A stretch of 59,688 bases of DNA from Prolixibacteraceae bacterium UBA5740 (GCA_002419285.1 DIFU01000105.1:32970-92657); one strand, 5' to 3'; numbered from the stretch's first letter, positions 1 to 10,920 are shown. Program-made: numbers and translations. The notes: generated by a model from the sequence alone, not told the origin.

Positions 1-154
1 CAAAGATAATGACTTTTTAAATTTTTGAATAAGCATCAAACCACAAAACCCTGCTTTATAACATTTTTTAAGATTTGCGTAACATTGTCGCTTTACAGAC
101 AAAAAACCACATAAGTAGATCTGATTTATTAATTTTTTACCAAAGTTTTCTCAT

Positions 155-183
155 AAAAAAAGGACGGATCAACATCCGCCCTT
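155..183 (-). terminator. Intrinsic terminator of the candidate sRNA (could also stop thr operon read-through)
   Basis: Stem 160-169/174-183, GUUG loop, U-run on the minus strand. Confidence 0.8.
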
Positions 184-247
184 CTTACTAACTAAACTAA
201 CTAAACCAATAAAACTAATCAAACCTAAACCTATGAAACTAAAACCG
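155..247 (-). ncRNA. Candidate G/U-rich small RNA (about 90 nt)
   Basis: TATCTTTG box at 258-251 (minus). It is followed by an almost C-free G/U-rich body with 8 UAG motifs, then a 10-bp hairpin AAGGGCGGAU-GUUG-AUCCGUCCUU and a U-run. The 5' end is approximate. Confidence 0.6.
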
Positions 248-250
248 TGT

Positions 251-258
251 CAAAGATA
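251..258 (-). promoter_or_regulatory. Bacteroidota -7 promoter element TATCTTTG
   Basis: Exact match to TAnnTTTG directly upstream of the G/U-rich tract. Confidence 0.6.
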
Positions 259-434
259 TATTTCTTGTACATCAATACTTCGAAAGGCCATCAGTAAATA
301 TGTTCTTAAACATGTTTCTTAAAATTCAGGTAACATTTGTATAAAGCACCTTCAAGACTTATAAGACGGATGCTTAACATACGACGGGAAAGCATTTTTC
401 AGGAAATGACCAATCATGTATTAATCCACAATCT

Positions 435-1754
435 TTAAGAATTTTTCAGTCTGTTAACCAACCAATTACGAAAATCCATGAAATCGGATGACATGGATAC
501 TGCCTCTTTTTTACCCTGTTGAAATTTTTGAAGGGCTTCGGGCAGTGCCACTTTACCTTCCCCTACAATTTTATCCATGGTATCAATGAATTTTGCAGGA
601 TGGGCAGTTTCAAGAAAAACGCCGGTCTGGTTGGCTGAAAGGTCCAGTTCCAGGGCAGCAAATCCACATGCACCATGAGGATCAAGAAGGTATCCGGTTT
701 CTTTATATACTCTTCTGATAATCCCGGTTATCTCTTCGTCGGAGAATCGATATCCTTTCATGATCGATGAAATTTTATCATGCGAATGAGCATACATATC
801 AAGAATTCGGGCAAAATTGCTGGGCGCTCCCACATCCATGGCATTGGCAAGCGTTTCAACTGAAGATTTAGGCAAATATTCTCCTGTCTGAAGATATTGA
901 TATACCACATCGTTCTCATTGTTGGCCGCAATGAAACGAGAGACCGGCAATCCCATTTCCCGGGCAAAAAGTCCGGCGGTAAGATTTCCAAAATTGCCAC
1001 TCGGTACCGCAAAAACCAGCTCATTACCAATCATCTCTCCCAATTCTTTCAAACGGGCATAGGCATTGAAATAATAAAACGACTGGGGTAGAAAGCGTGC
1101 CACATTAATCGAATTGGCAGAGGTCAGAAGAAACCTGTCATTAAGATCCTGATCCATAAATGCCAACTTCACCAAGCGCTGACAGTCGTCAAAAGTTCCG
1201 TCAATCTCAATGGCAGTGATATTGTGCCCCAAAGTCGTAAACTGCTTTTCCTGGATATCGCTCACTTTCCCGCTGGGATAAAGTACAAAGACGTTGATCC
1301 CTTCCACGCCCAAAAAACCGTTGGCCACAGCACTCCCAGTATCACCTGAAGTGGCTACCAATACATTTACCGAAGTTTTATTGTCCTTCAGGAAATACCT
1401 GAGCATCCTGGCCATAAACCGGGCGCCCACATCCTTGAATGCAAGCGTGGGGCCATGAAAAAGCTCGAGAGACCATATTCCAGGTTTTACGGGAACTACT
1501 GGACAATCAAACGACAATGTCTCATTGACAATCTGGTGCAGGTGCTGACGATCAATATCATCGCCAAAAAAACGTAAGGCTACGGCAAAGGCTATCTCCT
1601 GAAAAGAGAAGTGCTGAATACCTTCAAAGAATCCATCGCCAAAAGGTTGGACTGACCCTGGCATAAACAAGCCATTATCAGCAGCCAAACCTTTTATGAC
1701 AGCTGTCCTGAGGCTGACTGGAGCCACCTGGCGATTAGTGCTATAATATTTCAT
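435..1754 (-). CDS. thrC: Threonine synthase
   Basis: LELFHGPTLAFKD PLP-lysine motif, ATSGDTG, NSINVAR, VPSGNFGN. Confidence 0.97.
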   Translation of the reverse strand: MKYYSTNRQVAPVSLRTAVIKGLAADNGLFMPGSVQPFGDGFFEGIQHFSFQEIAFAVALRFFGDDIDRQHLHQIVNETLSFDCPVVPVKPGIWSLELFHGPTLAFKDVGARFMARMLRYFLKDNKTSVNVLVATSGDTGSAVANGFLGVEGINVFVLYPSGKVSDIQEKQFTTLGHNITAIEIDGTFDDCQRLVKLAFMDQDLNDRFLLTSANSINVARFLPQSFYYFNAYARLKELGEMIGNELVFAVPSGNFGNLTAGLFAREMGLPVSRFIAANNENDVVYQYLQTGEYLPKSSVETLANAMDVGAPSNFARILDMYAHSHDKISSIMKGYRFSDEEITGIIRRVYKETGYLLDPHGACGFAALELDLSANQTGVFLETAHPAKFIDTMDKIVGEGKVALPEALQKFQQGKKEAVSMSSDFMDFRNWLVNRLKNS

Positions 1755-1889
1755 ATTGATTTATCAATCTTATAATCGTGAGTTACAAATCGTGATCTTC
1801 AAGTAAAATTTCCCGTACATCAACAAAATTCCGGCACCTTTCCCAAAAACCAACAAGCTAAAAAGTTCTTGGTTTTCAGTCATATATTA

Positions 1890-3101
1890 TCATTTGTCAT
1901 TCAAAAACATCTCCATAAACTCTGGACCCTTTAACAAACCATAAGCACCTTTCCGGGGAGCGAATTCATCATAAACGGTAACCTGGTCGGGTGACTTTCC
2001 CGGTTTGAAAATAACAAAAGGGACAGGATCATTTGTATGGGTTCGGATAGAACAGGGAGTCGGGTGATCGGGCAAAACCGCCAATGCCACAGGTTCATTC
2101 ATCAGGGATGTTTCTTCCATGATAGGCTTTACAATTCTTTTGTCGAGGTATTCAATGGTTCTGACTTTCAGTTCAAAATCTCCTTCATGGCCAGCCTCAT
2201 CGCTTGCCTCTATATGCAGGTAAACCAAGTCATGATCTTTCAAGGCATCAAGTGCCGCTCTGGCTTTTCCTTCGTAGTTGGTATCATAAAGCCCGGTTGC
2301 CCCCTCAACCATGATGACATCCATACCGGCCAGAACCCCAATGCCCTGAATTAGGTCGACCGCAGATATCACGGCCGATTTTTCAATTCCCCACATCTCT
2401 CTGAATGTCGGCATATTGGGTTTGTTCCCTGGCGACCAAGGCCAAATGCAGGTTGCCGGATCCTTACCCTGAGCAATTCTTTTGAGATTGACCGGATGGT
2501 CCTTTAACAGGAGAAAGGATCTCATAATCAAATAATTGATCAATCGGGCAGTCTTTTCCGAATCGGTTGATTCAGCACTCACCATGACCTGTTTATAAGG
2601 TGTTCCCATCACATCGTGAGGGGGAGTGCAATTGATTTCCTTGCGTCCTCCCTTAATTACCAACAGATTGCGATAAGAAACTCCTGGATAAAAACGAATG
2701 ATATCATTTCCAAGTGCTTTATTCAGAAAAGCGATCAGTTCAGCAGCCTCCTCCGAGGATATATGACCTGCAGAGTGATTTTTTATCACATTCTGCTCTA
2801 CGCAGATCAGGTTACACCTCAGCGCCAGGTCACCTTCATCCAGTTCGACCCTCATACTGGCTGCCTCAAGAACGCCCCTTCCCTCAAATACGGCCGGGAC
2901 ATTGTAGCCCATGACAGCAAGGTTTGCGATTTCACTTCCCGGATGCATTCCCGGAGGAATGGTATCTAGCATACCTGTCGAACCCATTCGTGCCAGTTGG
3001 TCGATATATGGTGTATCGGCCACCTGCAAAGGAGTTTTACCGCCTAACTGCTGAAGTGGTTCATCGGCCATCCCGTCGCCCAAAATGATAATGTATTTCA
3101 T
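1890..3101 (-). CDS. apgM: Cofactor-independent phosphoglycerate mutase family protein (ApgM type; proposed homoserine kinase)
   Basis: GDGMAD..KTPLQ, PGSEIAN (catalytic Ser), DEAGH and DHPTP metalloenzyme motifs; lies between thrA and thrC. Confidence 0.9.
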   Translation of the reverse strand: MKYIIILGDGMADEPLQQLGGKTPLQVADTPYIDQLARMGSTGMLDTIPPGMHPGSEIANLAVMGYNVPAVFEGRGVLEAASMRVELDEGDLALRCNLICVEQNVIKNHSAGHISSEEAAELIAFLNKALGNDIIRFYPGVSYRNLLVIKGGRKEINCTPPHDVMGTPYKQVMVSAESTDSEKTARLINYLIMRSFLLLKDHPVNLKRIAQGKDPATCIWPWSPGNKPNMPTFREMWGIEKSAVISAVDLIQGIGVLAGMDVIMVEGATGLYDTNYEGKARAALDALKDHDLVYLHIEASDEAGHEGDFELKVRTIEYLDKRIVKPIMEETSLMNEPVALAVLPDHPTPCSIRTHTNDPVPFVIFKPGKSPDQVTVYDEFAPRKGAYGLLKGPEFMEMFLNDK

Positions 3102-3133
3102 ATGGTCTTCTCCTTAAAAAATCCTAACCCCGG

Positions 3134-5554
3134 TCAGATATTTGACACCTTGATAATATCGGCAAAAACACCCGCAGCGGTTACATCTGCCCCAGCGCCG
3201 TATCCTTTGATAAGCATTGGGAATTCATTGTATCGTTCGGTTCGGTAAATGATCAGGTTGTTGCTGCCCTCCAGGTCATAAAAAGGATGTCGCTGGCCAA
3301 TCTCCTGAAGTCCAACCTCTGCATTGCCCTCCTCAAAGCTGGCGACAAACCTCCACTTCATTCCATTCCTGGCCAGCTCAATTCTTCTGGATTCAAAACT
3401 GATATCCAGTTCAGGCAATTTCGACCAAAAATCATCGGTTGTTCCTGTAAAATATTGTTCCGGAATAAATGAATTTATCTTTACCTCATCCTGATCAATT
3501 CTGTAACCCGACTCCCTGGCAAGGATCAGGAGCTTGCGCACCACATCAACTCCACTCAGGTCAATGCGCGGATCGGGTTCTGAATAGCCGGCATCCTTGG
3601 CCATCCTGACAGCCTTGCTGAAAGGGATCTTTTCGGACAAAGTGTTAAAAATGAAATTCAGGGTGCCTGACAAAACTGCTTCAATACGCAGGACTTTATC
3701 ACCTGAATTCACGAGATCATTCAATGTGTTAATAATGGGTAATCCTGCTCCGACATTGGTTTCAAAAAGGAACTTCACCCCTTTTCTTTTGGCTGTTTTT
3801 TTCAGGAGCGCATAATTCTCATATTCAGAACTTGCGGCTATTTTATTGGCAGTTACGACAGATACGTTTGCATCAAGTACCTTATAATATTGCCTGGCAA
3901 TTTCACCTGAAGCCGTACAATCCACAAAAACACTATTATACATATTCATTGAAATCATTTCGGAAATAAAATCGCTCACCGAAGACATTTTCTCTGATCC
4001 ATCAAGTAAGGTTTTATAAGATGTCACATCTATCCCGTCGCGGTCAAAAACCATCCTTCTGGAATTGGCAATACCCGTTATCTTCAGGTTCAGATGGTTT
4101 TCGGCCAGTAAACGCTCGTGTTGCCGGTCAATTTGAGCGAGGAGATGACTTCCCACAAGTCCGACACCAATCAGGAAAATATTCAGTTCCGCATTTTCCG
4201 AAAGGAAAAACGATTCGTGCACAACGTTGAGAGTCTTGCGCAGATCGTCATTACTGACAACCCATGAAATATTGTACTCTGAAGCTCCCTGTGCGATAGC
4301 ACTGACGTTGATACCGTTACGACCAATGGTGGTGAAAAGTTTACCAGCAATACCTGTACTGTGTTTCATATTTTCGCCTACGATGGCCACGATAGAAAGA
4401 TTTTTCTCTATCACCACTTTATTTATCTGATCCAGGGTGATTTCACGCGCAAACTCATTCTGGATTGCTTCTTCGGCAGCATCAGCCATATGTTCTTCAA
4501 TGGCAATGCTAATGGTATTTTCAGAGGAAGCCTGGGAAATCAGTATCACGTTGATTTTCTCCATTGCCAGCGCAGTAAAAAGCCGCATCGAAATGCCTGC
4601 CACACCAACCATACCAATCCCTTGAACTGTTAATAGTGCAATCCTTGAAATGGATGAAATTCCCTTAATGGGTCTTTCACTGCCATTTGCGGCCGACTTT
4701 GTAATCAGGGTTCCCTTTTCCTCAGGCCGCATGGTATTTTTTATATGTACAGGAATTCCCTTTTTATAAACCGGCAAAATAGTTGGAGGATAAATTACTT
4801 TGGCTCCAAAATTTGACAACTCCATGGCCTCTGTATATGAGAGAACTGGTATTGTGTAAGCCTTTCGGATGACCTTCGGATCGGCAGTCATAAAACCATC
4901 AACGTCAGTCCAGATTTCAAGAGACTCAGCATCGAGGGCAGCAGCAATAATGGCTGCTGTATAATCAGATCCACCCCTTCCAAGCGTTGTATATTCTCCT
5001 GTCTTATTTTTCGCAATAAATCCCGCCACTATTGCGACTCCCTGAAAGCGGGCAAAGCTTTCAACAATCCGTTTGTTGGTCTCATTAAAATCAACCGCAG
5101 CTTTTCCAAAATGATTATCAGTTACTATAAACCGGGAAGCATCTTTCAGTTCACAGCCGAAATAACGTGAAACAATGAGCGACGAAAGACGCTCGCCCAT
5201 TCCCAACAACCGATCCAAGGTTTTTGGCGTCAATTCACTCACAAGAGTTACGCCCATCATTACCTGTTCCAACTCTTGCAAAAGCGGATTGATTTCGGCA
5301 ATAATCTCCTCCGGCCCGTCAAAAAGTTCATTGACAACTTCTAAATGGCGTTGCCTGATTATCGTCATCTCATCATGATAGAATTCAGAGCCAAGGGCCG
5401 CCATTTTAGCCGCATTCAAAATCTTGTCAGTAATTCCACCTAATGCTGAAACGACAACAATTACATCTTCCTGCCGACCACTAACAATTTCATGTACTTT
5501 TTTGATATTAACAGCACTGCCAACTGAAGTTCCTCCGAACTTTAACACTTTCAT
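3134..5554 (-). CDS. thrA: Bifunctional aspartokinase / homoserine dehydrogenase
   Basis: KFGGTSV, TLGRGGSDYTA, two ACT domains, homoserine dehydrogenase motifs (FETNVGAGLP, GAGADVTA). Start trimmed to MKVLKFGG at 5554. Confidence 0.96.
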   Translation of the reverse strand: MKVLKFGGTSVGSAVNIKKVHEIVSGRQEDVIVVVSALGGITDKILNAAKMAALGSEFYHDEMTIIRQRHLEVVNELFDGPEEIIAEINPLLQELEQVMMGVTLVSELTPKTLDRLLGMGERLSSLIVSRYFGCELKDASRFIVTDNHFGKAAVDFNETNKRIVESFARFQGVAIVAGFIAKNKTGEYTTLGRGGSDYTAAIIAAALDAESLEIWTDVDGFMTADPKVIRKAYTIPVLSYTEAMELSNFGAKVIYPPTILPVYKKGIPVHIKNTMRPEEKGTLITKSAANGSERPIKGISSISRIALLTVQGIGMVGVAGISMRLFTALAMEKINVILISQASSENTISIAIEEHMADAAEEAIQNEFAREITLDQINKVVIEKNLSIVAIVGENMKHSTGIAGKLFTTIGRNGINVSAIAQGASEYNISWVVSNDDLRKTLNVVHESFFLSENAELNIFLIGVGLVGSHLLAQIDRQHERLLAENHLNLKITGIANSRRMVFDRDGIDVTSYKTLLDGSEKMSSVSDFISEMISMNMYNSVFVDCTASGEIARQYYKVLDANVSVVTANKIAASSEYENYALLKKTAKRKGVKFLFETNVGAGLPIINTLNDLVNSGDKVLRIEAVLSGTLNFIFNTLSEKIPFSKAVRMAKDAGYSEPDPRIDLSGVDVVRKLLILARESGYRIDQDEVKINSFIPEQYFTGTTDDFWSKLPELDISFESRRIELARNGMKWRFVASFEEGNAEVGLQEIGQRHPFYDLEGSNNLIIYRTERYNEFPMLIKGYGAGADVTAAGVFADIIKVSNI

Positions 5555-5726
5555 ATCAGATGAATTTGATGATATTTGATGCGCATTTTTTTTTGCACCA
5601 TACAAAAATAGGATTGTAGAATGATTTTTATACAAATTGAATATAAATAACGACTAAGATTAACACAAGGTTTTTTGAAGTTCGCTATTTGTATCCTTTT
5701 GACTTAAAAGCATATATCAACCACAT

Positions 5727-5774
5727 AAAAAAAAACTACCGGACGGGCCATAAAAAATGCCCTGTCCGGTAGTT
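5727..5774 (-). terminator. Intrinsic terminator after recA
   Basis: AACTACCGGAC.../...GTCCGGTAGTT inverted repeat followed by a long U-run on the minus strand. Confidence 0.85.
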
Positions 5775-5794
5775 CAAAACGCCATACCGATCAC

Positions 5795-6820
5795 TTATGC
5801 ATTATCGGAAGATGCAGTAATATATTCAAGTATTTTCGTTTCCAGTTCGGCAGAAAGTTCCGGGTTATCGCGAATAAGTTTACGTACCGCATCCCTACCC
5901 TGGCCTAATTTTGTTTCGCCATAGCTGAACCAGGAACCACTCTTTTTAATTACACCGTAATTGACACCCATGTCGATAATCTCCCCTGTTTTGCTGATGC
6001 CTTCACCATAGAGGATATCAAATTCCGCTTTCCTGAAAGGAGGTGCTATCTTATTCTTGACAACTTTTACCCTAACGTTATTTCCGGTGACCTCTTCTCC
6101 GTCCTTAATCTGTCCTATCCTGCGAATGTCGAGCCTCACTGATGCATAGAATTTCAGCGCATTTCCACCAGTGGTGGTTTCCGGATTCCCGAACATGACA
6201 CCGATTTTTTCCCTCAGCTGGTTAATAAAAATGCAACAGGTCCTTGTTTTACTGATATTGGCAGTTAATTTCCTGAGTGCCTGTGACATAAGTCGTGCCT
6301 GCAGACCCATTTTTGAGTCACCCATATCACCTTCGAGTTCGGCTTTGGGGGTAAGTGCGGCCACTGAGTCAATGACAACGATATCGACAGCTCCCGAACG
6401 TATCAGGCTATCGGTAATCTCAAGAGCCTGTTCCCCATGGTCAGGCTGTGAAATTAGCAGTTCATCGGTATTTACCCCTAATTTTCGGGCATAATACGGA
6501 TCAAAAGCATGTTCGGCATCAATTATTGCAGCAATGCCTCCCAGCTTCTGGGTTTCAGCAATGGCATGAATGGCGAGCGTAGTTTTCCCTGATGATTCAG
6601 GTCCATATATTTCGATAATCCGGCCACGGGGATAACCTCCGATTCCAAGCGCAACATCCAGACCGATTGAACCGGACGAAATGGCAGGAACATCGTCCAC
6701 TGGCTTGTCCCCCATTCGCATGATCGAACCTTTTCCAAAGCTTTTTTCAATCTTATCGAGTGTAAGTTGCAGTGCTTTCAATTTTTCTTTATTGACAGCT
6801 GATTGCTCTTCCTTTGTCAT
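5795..6820 (-). CDS. recA: Recombinase A
   Basis: GPESSGKTT Walker [19 protein letters not shown]. Start trimmed to MTKEEQ at 6820 because the longer ORF overlaps bcp. Confidence 0.99.
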   Translation of the reverse strand: MTKEEQSAVNKEKLKALQLTLDKIEKSFGKGSIMRMGDKPVDDVPAISSGSIGLDVALGIGGYPRGRIIEIYGPESSGKTTLAIHAIAETQKLGGIAAIIDAEHAFDPYYARKLGVNTDELLISQPDHGEQALEITDSLIRSGAVDIVVIDSVAALTPKAELEGDMGDSKMGLQARLMSQALRKLTANISKTRTCCIFINQLREKIGVMFGNPETTTGGNALKFYASVRLDIRRIGQIKDGEEVTGNNVRVKVVKNKIAPPFRKAEFDILYGEGISKTGEIIDMGVNYGVIKKSGSWFSYGETKLGQGRDAVRKLIRDNPELSAELETKILEYITASSDNA

Positions 6821-6830
6821 ATTTCGAATA

Positions 6831-7295
6831 TTATAAGTTAAGTTTTTTAATAATCTGACCAGTATGGTTTTTTGTATCCACGGTACCAATAACCTCCTCA
6901 ATCTTTCCTTCCTCATCAATGATGTAGGTGGAACGAATGACTCCCATGTAAGTTTTCCCGTAATTTTTCTTTTCACCCCAAACTCCGTAGGCATTCAGAA
7001 TTGTCTTGCCCTCATCGGACAGAAGGTTAAACTTCAAACCGTATTTCGAGATAAATTTCTGATGGGAGACTTGGCTGTCCGGACTTACGCCCACAACATG
7101 GTATCCCTTCCCGATCCACATTTCGTAATTGTCATTCAGGTTACAAGCTTCAGCAGTACATCCCGGTGTATCATCCTTTGGATAAAAATAAAGAATCAAC
7201 TTTTTGCCTTGAAAATCATTGAGTGATATTTTTTCCCCAGACTGATTAACTCCCTCAAAATAAGGAGCTTTCTCTCCTCTTGCAAGTAATGCCAT
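6831..7295 (-). CDS. bcp: Thioredoxin-dependent peroxiredoxin (Bcp/PrxQ)
   Basis: [16 protein letters not shown] motif. Start at MALLARG (7295). TATATTTG promoter box at 7327-7320. Confidence 0.95.
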   Translation of the reverse strand: MALLARGEKAPYFEGVNQSGEKISLNDFQGKKLILYFYPKDDTPGCTAEACNLNDNYEMWIGKGYHVVGVSPDSQVSHQKFISKYGLKFNLLSDEGKTILNAYGVWGEKKNYGKTYMGVIRSTYIIDEEGKIEEVIGTVDTKNHTGQIIKKLNL

Positions 7296-7569
7296 ACATT
7301 TGTTCTTTTTAGTTGGACACAAATATAAACTAATTCAGTCAAAATAGGGGAAGTTTAGAATTACCTAATTTCGCATAATTGCACATAAGATATTGACAGG
7401 CAGGGAATGCCCTGTTATGCTTAATTTTTATAATTTTATATCCTGAAAATTGGGTATGCCCTGGCTTTTTGGTATTGATTTTGATCAAGAGGTTAAAGGT
7501 TGTATGGCGAGGCTGTAATTTCGGAATGAATGCTCCTTAACATCCACCTGACCCACATAAATTGTAATC

Positions 7570-9174
7570 ATGAAGACGTCAAATACATTTTTGGTTCTCA
7601 TATTGACCTATATTCTGACAATAGGATCAGTTACAGGCCTACGGGCGAATACACTGATTCCACAGGAGGATGAAAGGAACCGTGCCATTGAGTTTTTTCA
7701 TGAAGGAAAATTTGACCAGGCCCTTCCCGTATTCCAGAAACTGGCAAATGCCTATCCCGCCGATTACCTGCTGAAATACTTCACGGGAGCCAGTTTGGTT
7801 GAGACAGGTGCCATCGGAAAAGAGGCCGAGATGTATCTTTTGCTTGCCATAACCAGAGAGGTTCCCGCAAAAGTCTTTTATTATCTCGGACGACTTTACC
7901 ATGCCCAGGAAAACTGGGATGGAGCCCTGAGGTTTTATAATCGCTTTACAAACAACTCCGATGCAAAACAATTGGAAGAGCTCAGGATAAAGGAGCTCTC
8001 GGACCTGGCTTACAACAACATAAATCCTTTCAGGGGAAGCGAAATAGTTTTTCCCCAGCCAACCGCGATACAGGAGCCACCTCCCCCAGTTTCCGAACCT
8101 GAGATAACTCCATCTGAAAATTTACCCCAAACGATTACTCAGGACCAGGAAGTAACACCCATTCTGAATTTGGAGATTCAGGATTCCTTGCAGTCACCTC
8201 CAGTTGAGCAATCACCGTTCCCTAAAGAAGTTAAATCGACCACAACTGATATTCCATTCACCACTGAAAAAATCAGTCTGGATACAACCACACTGACCAT
8301 CATCGAAGATACCGATTCCTTGATTGACACCAGTGAGTTGACCACCGATGTACCTGCTCAGGTTGCTGAAACCCCTATTTCGCCTCCCCCAGCCAAATTC
8401 GCCCTACCCGATATTGCATTCATCCATTTCCAAATCAATCCCAGAGTGAATTATTTGACCGAGGATATGTTCAAAATTGGTGAAGCCCGGGAGGCTTGGA
8501 AACTCGGCCTGGAAAAGGAAAAACTTCTGAATGGGAAACTTCTAGCCTTGCAGCAGCAACGACAAAAATATGGAACTGCCCCCAGCCAAGGTGAACGCGA
8601 CCGGTTGGCAGAAGGAATTATTCAACTGGAAAGGGAAACATTGACTTTACATGCCGAATCCGACATGTTGTATGGAAAAGCGAGACAACTGGAACAGGAA
8701 TGGTGGGCAAATGCAAGCATGCAGGAATATGAAAACCTGCGGCTCACCACCGACTCTTTGCAAAAGCTTAAAGAGGCTATCCGGATGGCAGACCTTGCAC
8801 CAGCCCCGGTGATTGATCAGCAGTTACTTGAAGAGGCAGCAGGCCTTTCTGAAGATGAAGAAACGACTACGGAGGAAGAAGTAAGTGAAGACACCGTGAT
8901 ATATAAGGTTCAGCTTGGATCTTTCACCAGGGCTGTACCTCCCCGGACAAAGGAATTATTTGACAAGATCGGTATGATCAGGACCATTGAAACCTTCGTT
9001 GATGAAAAGGAAGCCACCGTATATACAACAGGTAACATGAAGACTTTTGCTGATGGTCTTGCACTTCAAAACCAAGTGCGGCTTGAGGGCGTAAAAGATG
9101 CCTTTGTAATTGCCATCCTAAATGAAAAAAGAATATCTTTACAGGAAGCAAAAAAAATAACAGGCGAAGAATGA
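7570..9174 (+). CDS. Exported TPR-repeat protein with P/E/T-rich linker, helical region and C-terminal SPOR-like domain
   Basis: Signal peptide; TPR-like helices (FYYLGRLYHAQENWDGA); C-terminal YKVQLGSF...EGVKDAFVIA resembles SPOR. Confidence 0.7.
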   Translation: MKTSNTFLVLILTYILTIGSVTGLRANTLIPQEDERNRAIEFFHEGKFDQALPVFQKLANAYPADYLLKYFTGASLVETGAIGKEAEMYLLLAITREVPAKVFYYLGRLYHAQENWDGALRFYNRFTNNSDAKQLEELRIKELSDLAYNNINPFRGSEIVFPQPTAIQEPPPPVSEPEITPSENLPQTITQDQEVTPILNLEIQDSLQSPPVEQSPFPKEVKSTTTDIPFTTEKISLDTTTLTIIEDTDSLIDTSELTTDVPAQVAETPISPPPAKFALPDIAFIHFQINPRVNYLTEDMFKIGEAREAWKLGLEKEKLLNGKLLALQQQRQKYGTAPSQGERDRLAEGIIQLERETLTLHAESDMLYGKARQLEQEWWANASMQEYENLRLTTDSLQKLKEAIRMADLAPAPVIDQQLLEEAAGLSEDEETTTEEEVSEDTVIYKVQLGSFTRAVPPRTKELFDKIGMIRTIETFVDEKEATVYTTGNMKTFADGLALQNQVRLEGVKDAFVIAILNEKRISLQEAKKITGEE

Positions 9175-9449
9175 CCGACAAAGAAACCAGGAGAAAAACG
9201 ACACAATTGCGAGACAGCAATGAGGACCTGGACAAATACCTGATATTACACAACGATGACGTACATACTTTCGATTATGTAATTCAGGCGTTGATGGAAA
9301 TATGTGACCATGACTATATTCAGGCATCACAATGTGCCATCATTACCCATTATAAAGGTAAGTGCGAAGTGAAGCACGGTAGATTTCCCAGCCTGAAAGC
9401 GATGAAAGATGCACTTTCCATCAAAGAACTTACGGCAACTATTGACTGA
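9171..9449 (+). CDS. clpS: ATP-dependent Clp protease adaptor ClpS
   Basis: LILHNDDVHTFDYVI motif and HYKGKC; ATGA overlap with the upstream gene. Confidence 0.9.
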   Translation: MTDKETRRKTTQLRDSNEDLDKYLILHNDDVHTFDYVIQALMEICDHDYIQASQCAIITHYKGKCEVKHGRFPSLKAMKDALSIKELTATID

Positions 9450-9452
9450 ACC

Positions 9453-9926
9453 ATGACCATACTAGCCATCATTGTACTTATTATCCTTGGCCTGCTGCTG
9501 CTTTTACTTGAATTTGCAGTGGTACCAGGAGTCACGATTGCCGGCATCGGCGGTTTCCTGCTTTTGGCAGGCAGTGTTTACCTGGCATTCGCCCAATTTG
9601 GAATGGGCGCAGGAATTATAACACTCGTATTTGTGCTTACGGCAGCTCCACTAATGGTGGTTTATTTCTTCAGGTCAAAAGCCGGACGTAAAATGGTGTT
9701 GGAAACTAACATCGATGCAAAAGTTGACACTACCGAAACCGACAATATCCATCCGGGAGATGTTGGTTTGACATTAGGACGACTTGCCCCTATCGGGAAA
9801 GTAAGAATCAATGACGTTACAATCGAGGGACACTCGACAGGTAGTTTCATCGACCATAACAAACCAATCAGGGTACTGAAGGTTTTCCCGGGAAAAGTAA
9901 TTGTGGAACTCATTAAAAATGAATAA
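9453..9926 (+). CDS. Short NfeD-family membrane protein
   Basis: Three TM segments with EFAVVPG, C-terminal OB-fold ([10 protein letters not shown]); immediately upstream of floA. Confidence 0.85.
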   Translation: MTILAIIVLIILGLLLLLLEFAVVPGVTIAGIGGFLLLAGSVYLAFAQFGMGAGIITLVFVLTAAPLMVVYFFRSKAGRKMVLETNIDAKVDTTETDNIHPGDVGLTLGRLAPIGKVRINDVTIEGHSTGSFIDHNKPIRVLKVFPGKVIVELIKNE

Positions 9927-9927
9927 T

Positions 9928-10908
9928 ATGAACGAACTATTTGGCCCATTCGGTTTATTGATAGGACTACTTGTCCTGGTTATCATACTTTTGTATTTCA
10001 TACCCATAGGTTTATGGTTTTCAGCGCTGGTCTCAGGCGTACGAATCAGCCTACTTCAGCTTTTCCTGATGAGGTTCCGCAAGGTACCTCCTGGAGTCAT
10101 TGTCCGTGCCATGATAGAGGGTATCAAGGCAGACATTTCACTGAAAAGGGATGATCTGGAAGCACACTATCTCGCAGGTGGTCATGTTGCAAACGTTGTA
10201 CACGCATTAGTATCGGCATCAAAGGCAAATATCCAGCTAACCTTTAACATGGCCACAGCCATTGACCTTGCGGGTCGTGATGTGTTTGAGGCAGTCCAGA
10301 TGTCAGTTAATCCAAAAGTCATCAATACTCCCCCGGTCACAGCCGTTGCCAAGGATGGTATTCAGCTGATTGCCAAAGCCAGGGTTACGGTTCGTGCCAA
10401 TATCCGCCAGCTGGTTGGTGGAGCCGGAGAAGAAACCGTTCTCGCCCGCGTTGGAGAGGGAATCGTTTCCTCCATCGGTTCGGCACACTCCCATAAGGAA
10501 GTACTTGAAAATCCGGATTACATTTCACGCACTGTTCTGGAAAAAGGGTTGGATGCTGGTACAGCCTTTGAAATACTTTCAATAGATATCGCCGACATCG
10601 ACATTGGTAAAAACATTGGCGCAGGCCTTCAGATTGACCAGGCTGAAGCGGATAAAAACATTGCTCAAGCCAAGGCTGAAGAACGAAGGGCAATGGCCGT
10701 TGCTCTCGAGCAGGAAATGCGTGCAAAAGCCCAGGAAGCCAGGGCAAAGGTAATTGAAGCTGAAGCTCAGGTTCCGCTGGCCATTTCAGAAGCATTTCGT
10801 AGTGGCAATCTCGGAATTATGGATTATATGAAATATAAAAACATCATGGCCGATACATCGATGCGCGAAACAATCGCAGGCGATGAACAAGCCAAAAAGA
10901 AAAAATAA
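9928..10908 (+). CDS. floA: Flotillin-like protein FloA (UPF0365/YqfA)
   Basis: [39 protein letters not shown]. Start 9928 or 9919. Confidence 0.95.
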   Translation: MNELFGPFGLLIGLLVLVIILLYFIPIGLWFSALVSGVRISLLQLFLMRFRKVPPGVIVRAMIEGIKADISLKRDDLEAHYLAGGHVANVVHALVSASKANIQLTFNMATAIDLAGRDVFEAVQMSVNPKVINTPPVTAVAKDGIQLIAKARVTVRANIRQLVGGAGEETVLARVGEGIVSSIGSAHSHKEVLENPDYISRTVLEKGLDAGTAFEILSIDIADIDIGKNIGAGLQIDQAEADKNIAQAKAEERRAMAVALEQEMRAKAQEARAKVIEAEAQVPLAISEAFRSGNLGIMDYMKYKNIMADTSMRETIAGDEQAKKKK

Positions 10909-10920
10909 TTCATCCCTTTC

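Noticed and set aside
181..246. ACTAA/AAACC low-complexity repeats as a CRISPR array or microsatellite
   Set aside because: Units are 4-6 nt and irregular, with no spacers and no cas genes.
233..322. 29-aa plus-strand ORF (MKLKPCQRYISC...) behind an A/C-rich leader
   Set aside because: No recognisable motif or plus-strand promoter. Promoter and terminator polarity fit a minus-strand RNA better. Kept only as an alternative.
5555..5726. Thr/Ile attenuator or riboswitch upstream of thrA
   Set aside because: No Thr/Ile-rich leader peptide or recognisable aptamer. The only strong hairpin nearby is the recA terminator.
6821..6994. 58-aa N-terminal extension of RecA in the ORF track
   Set aside because: It overlaps bcp in another frame. 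RecA similarity begins after Met at 6820.
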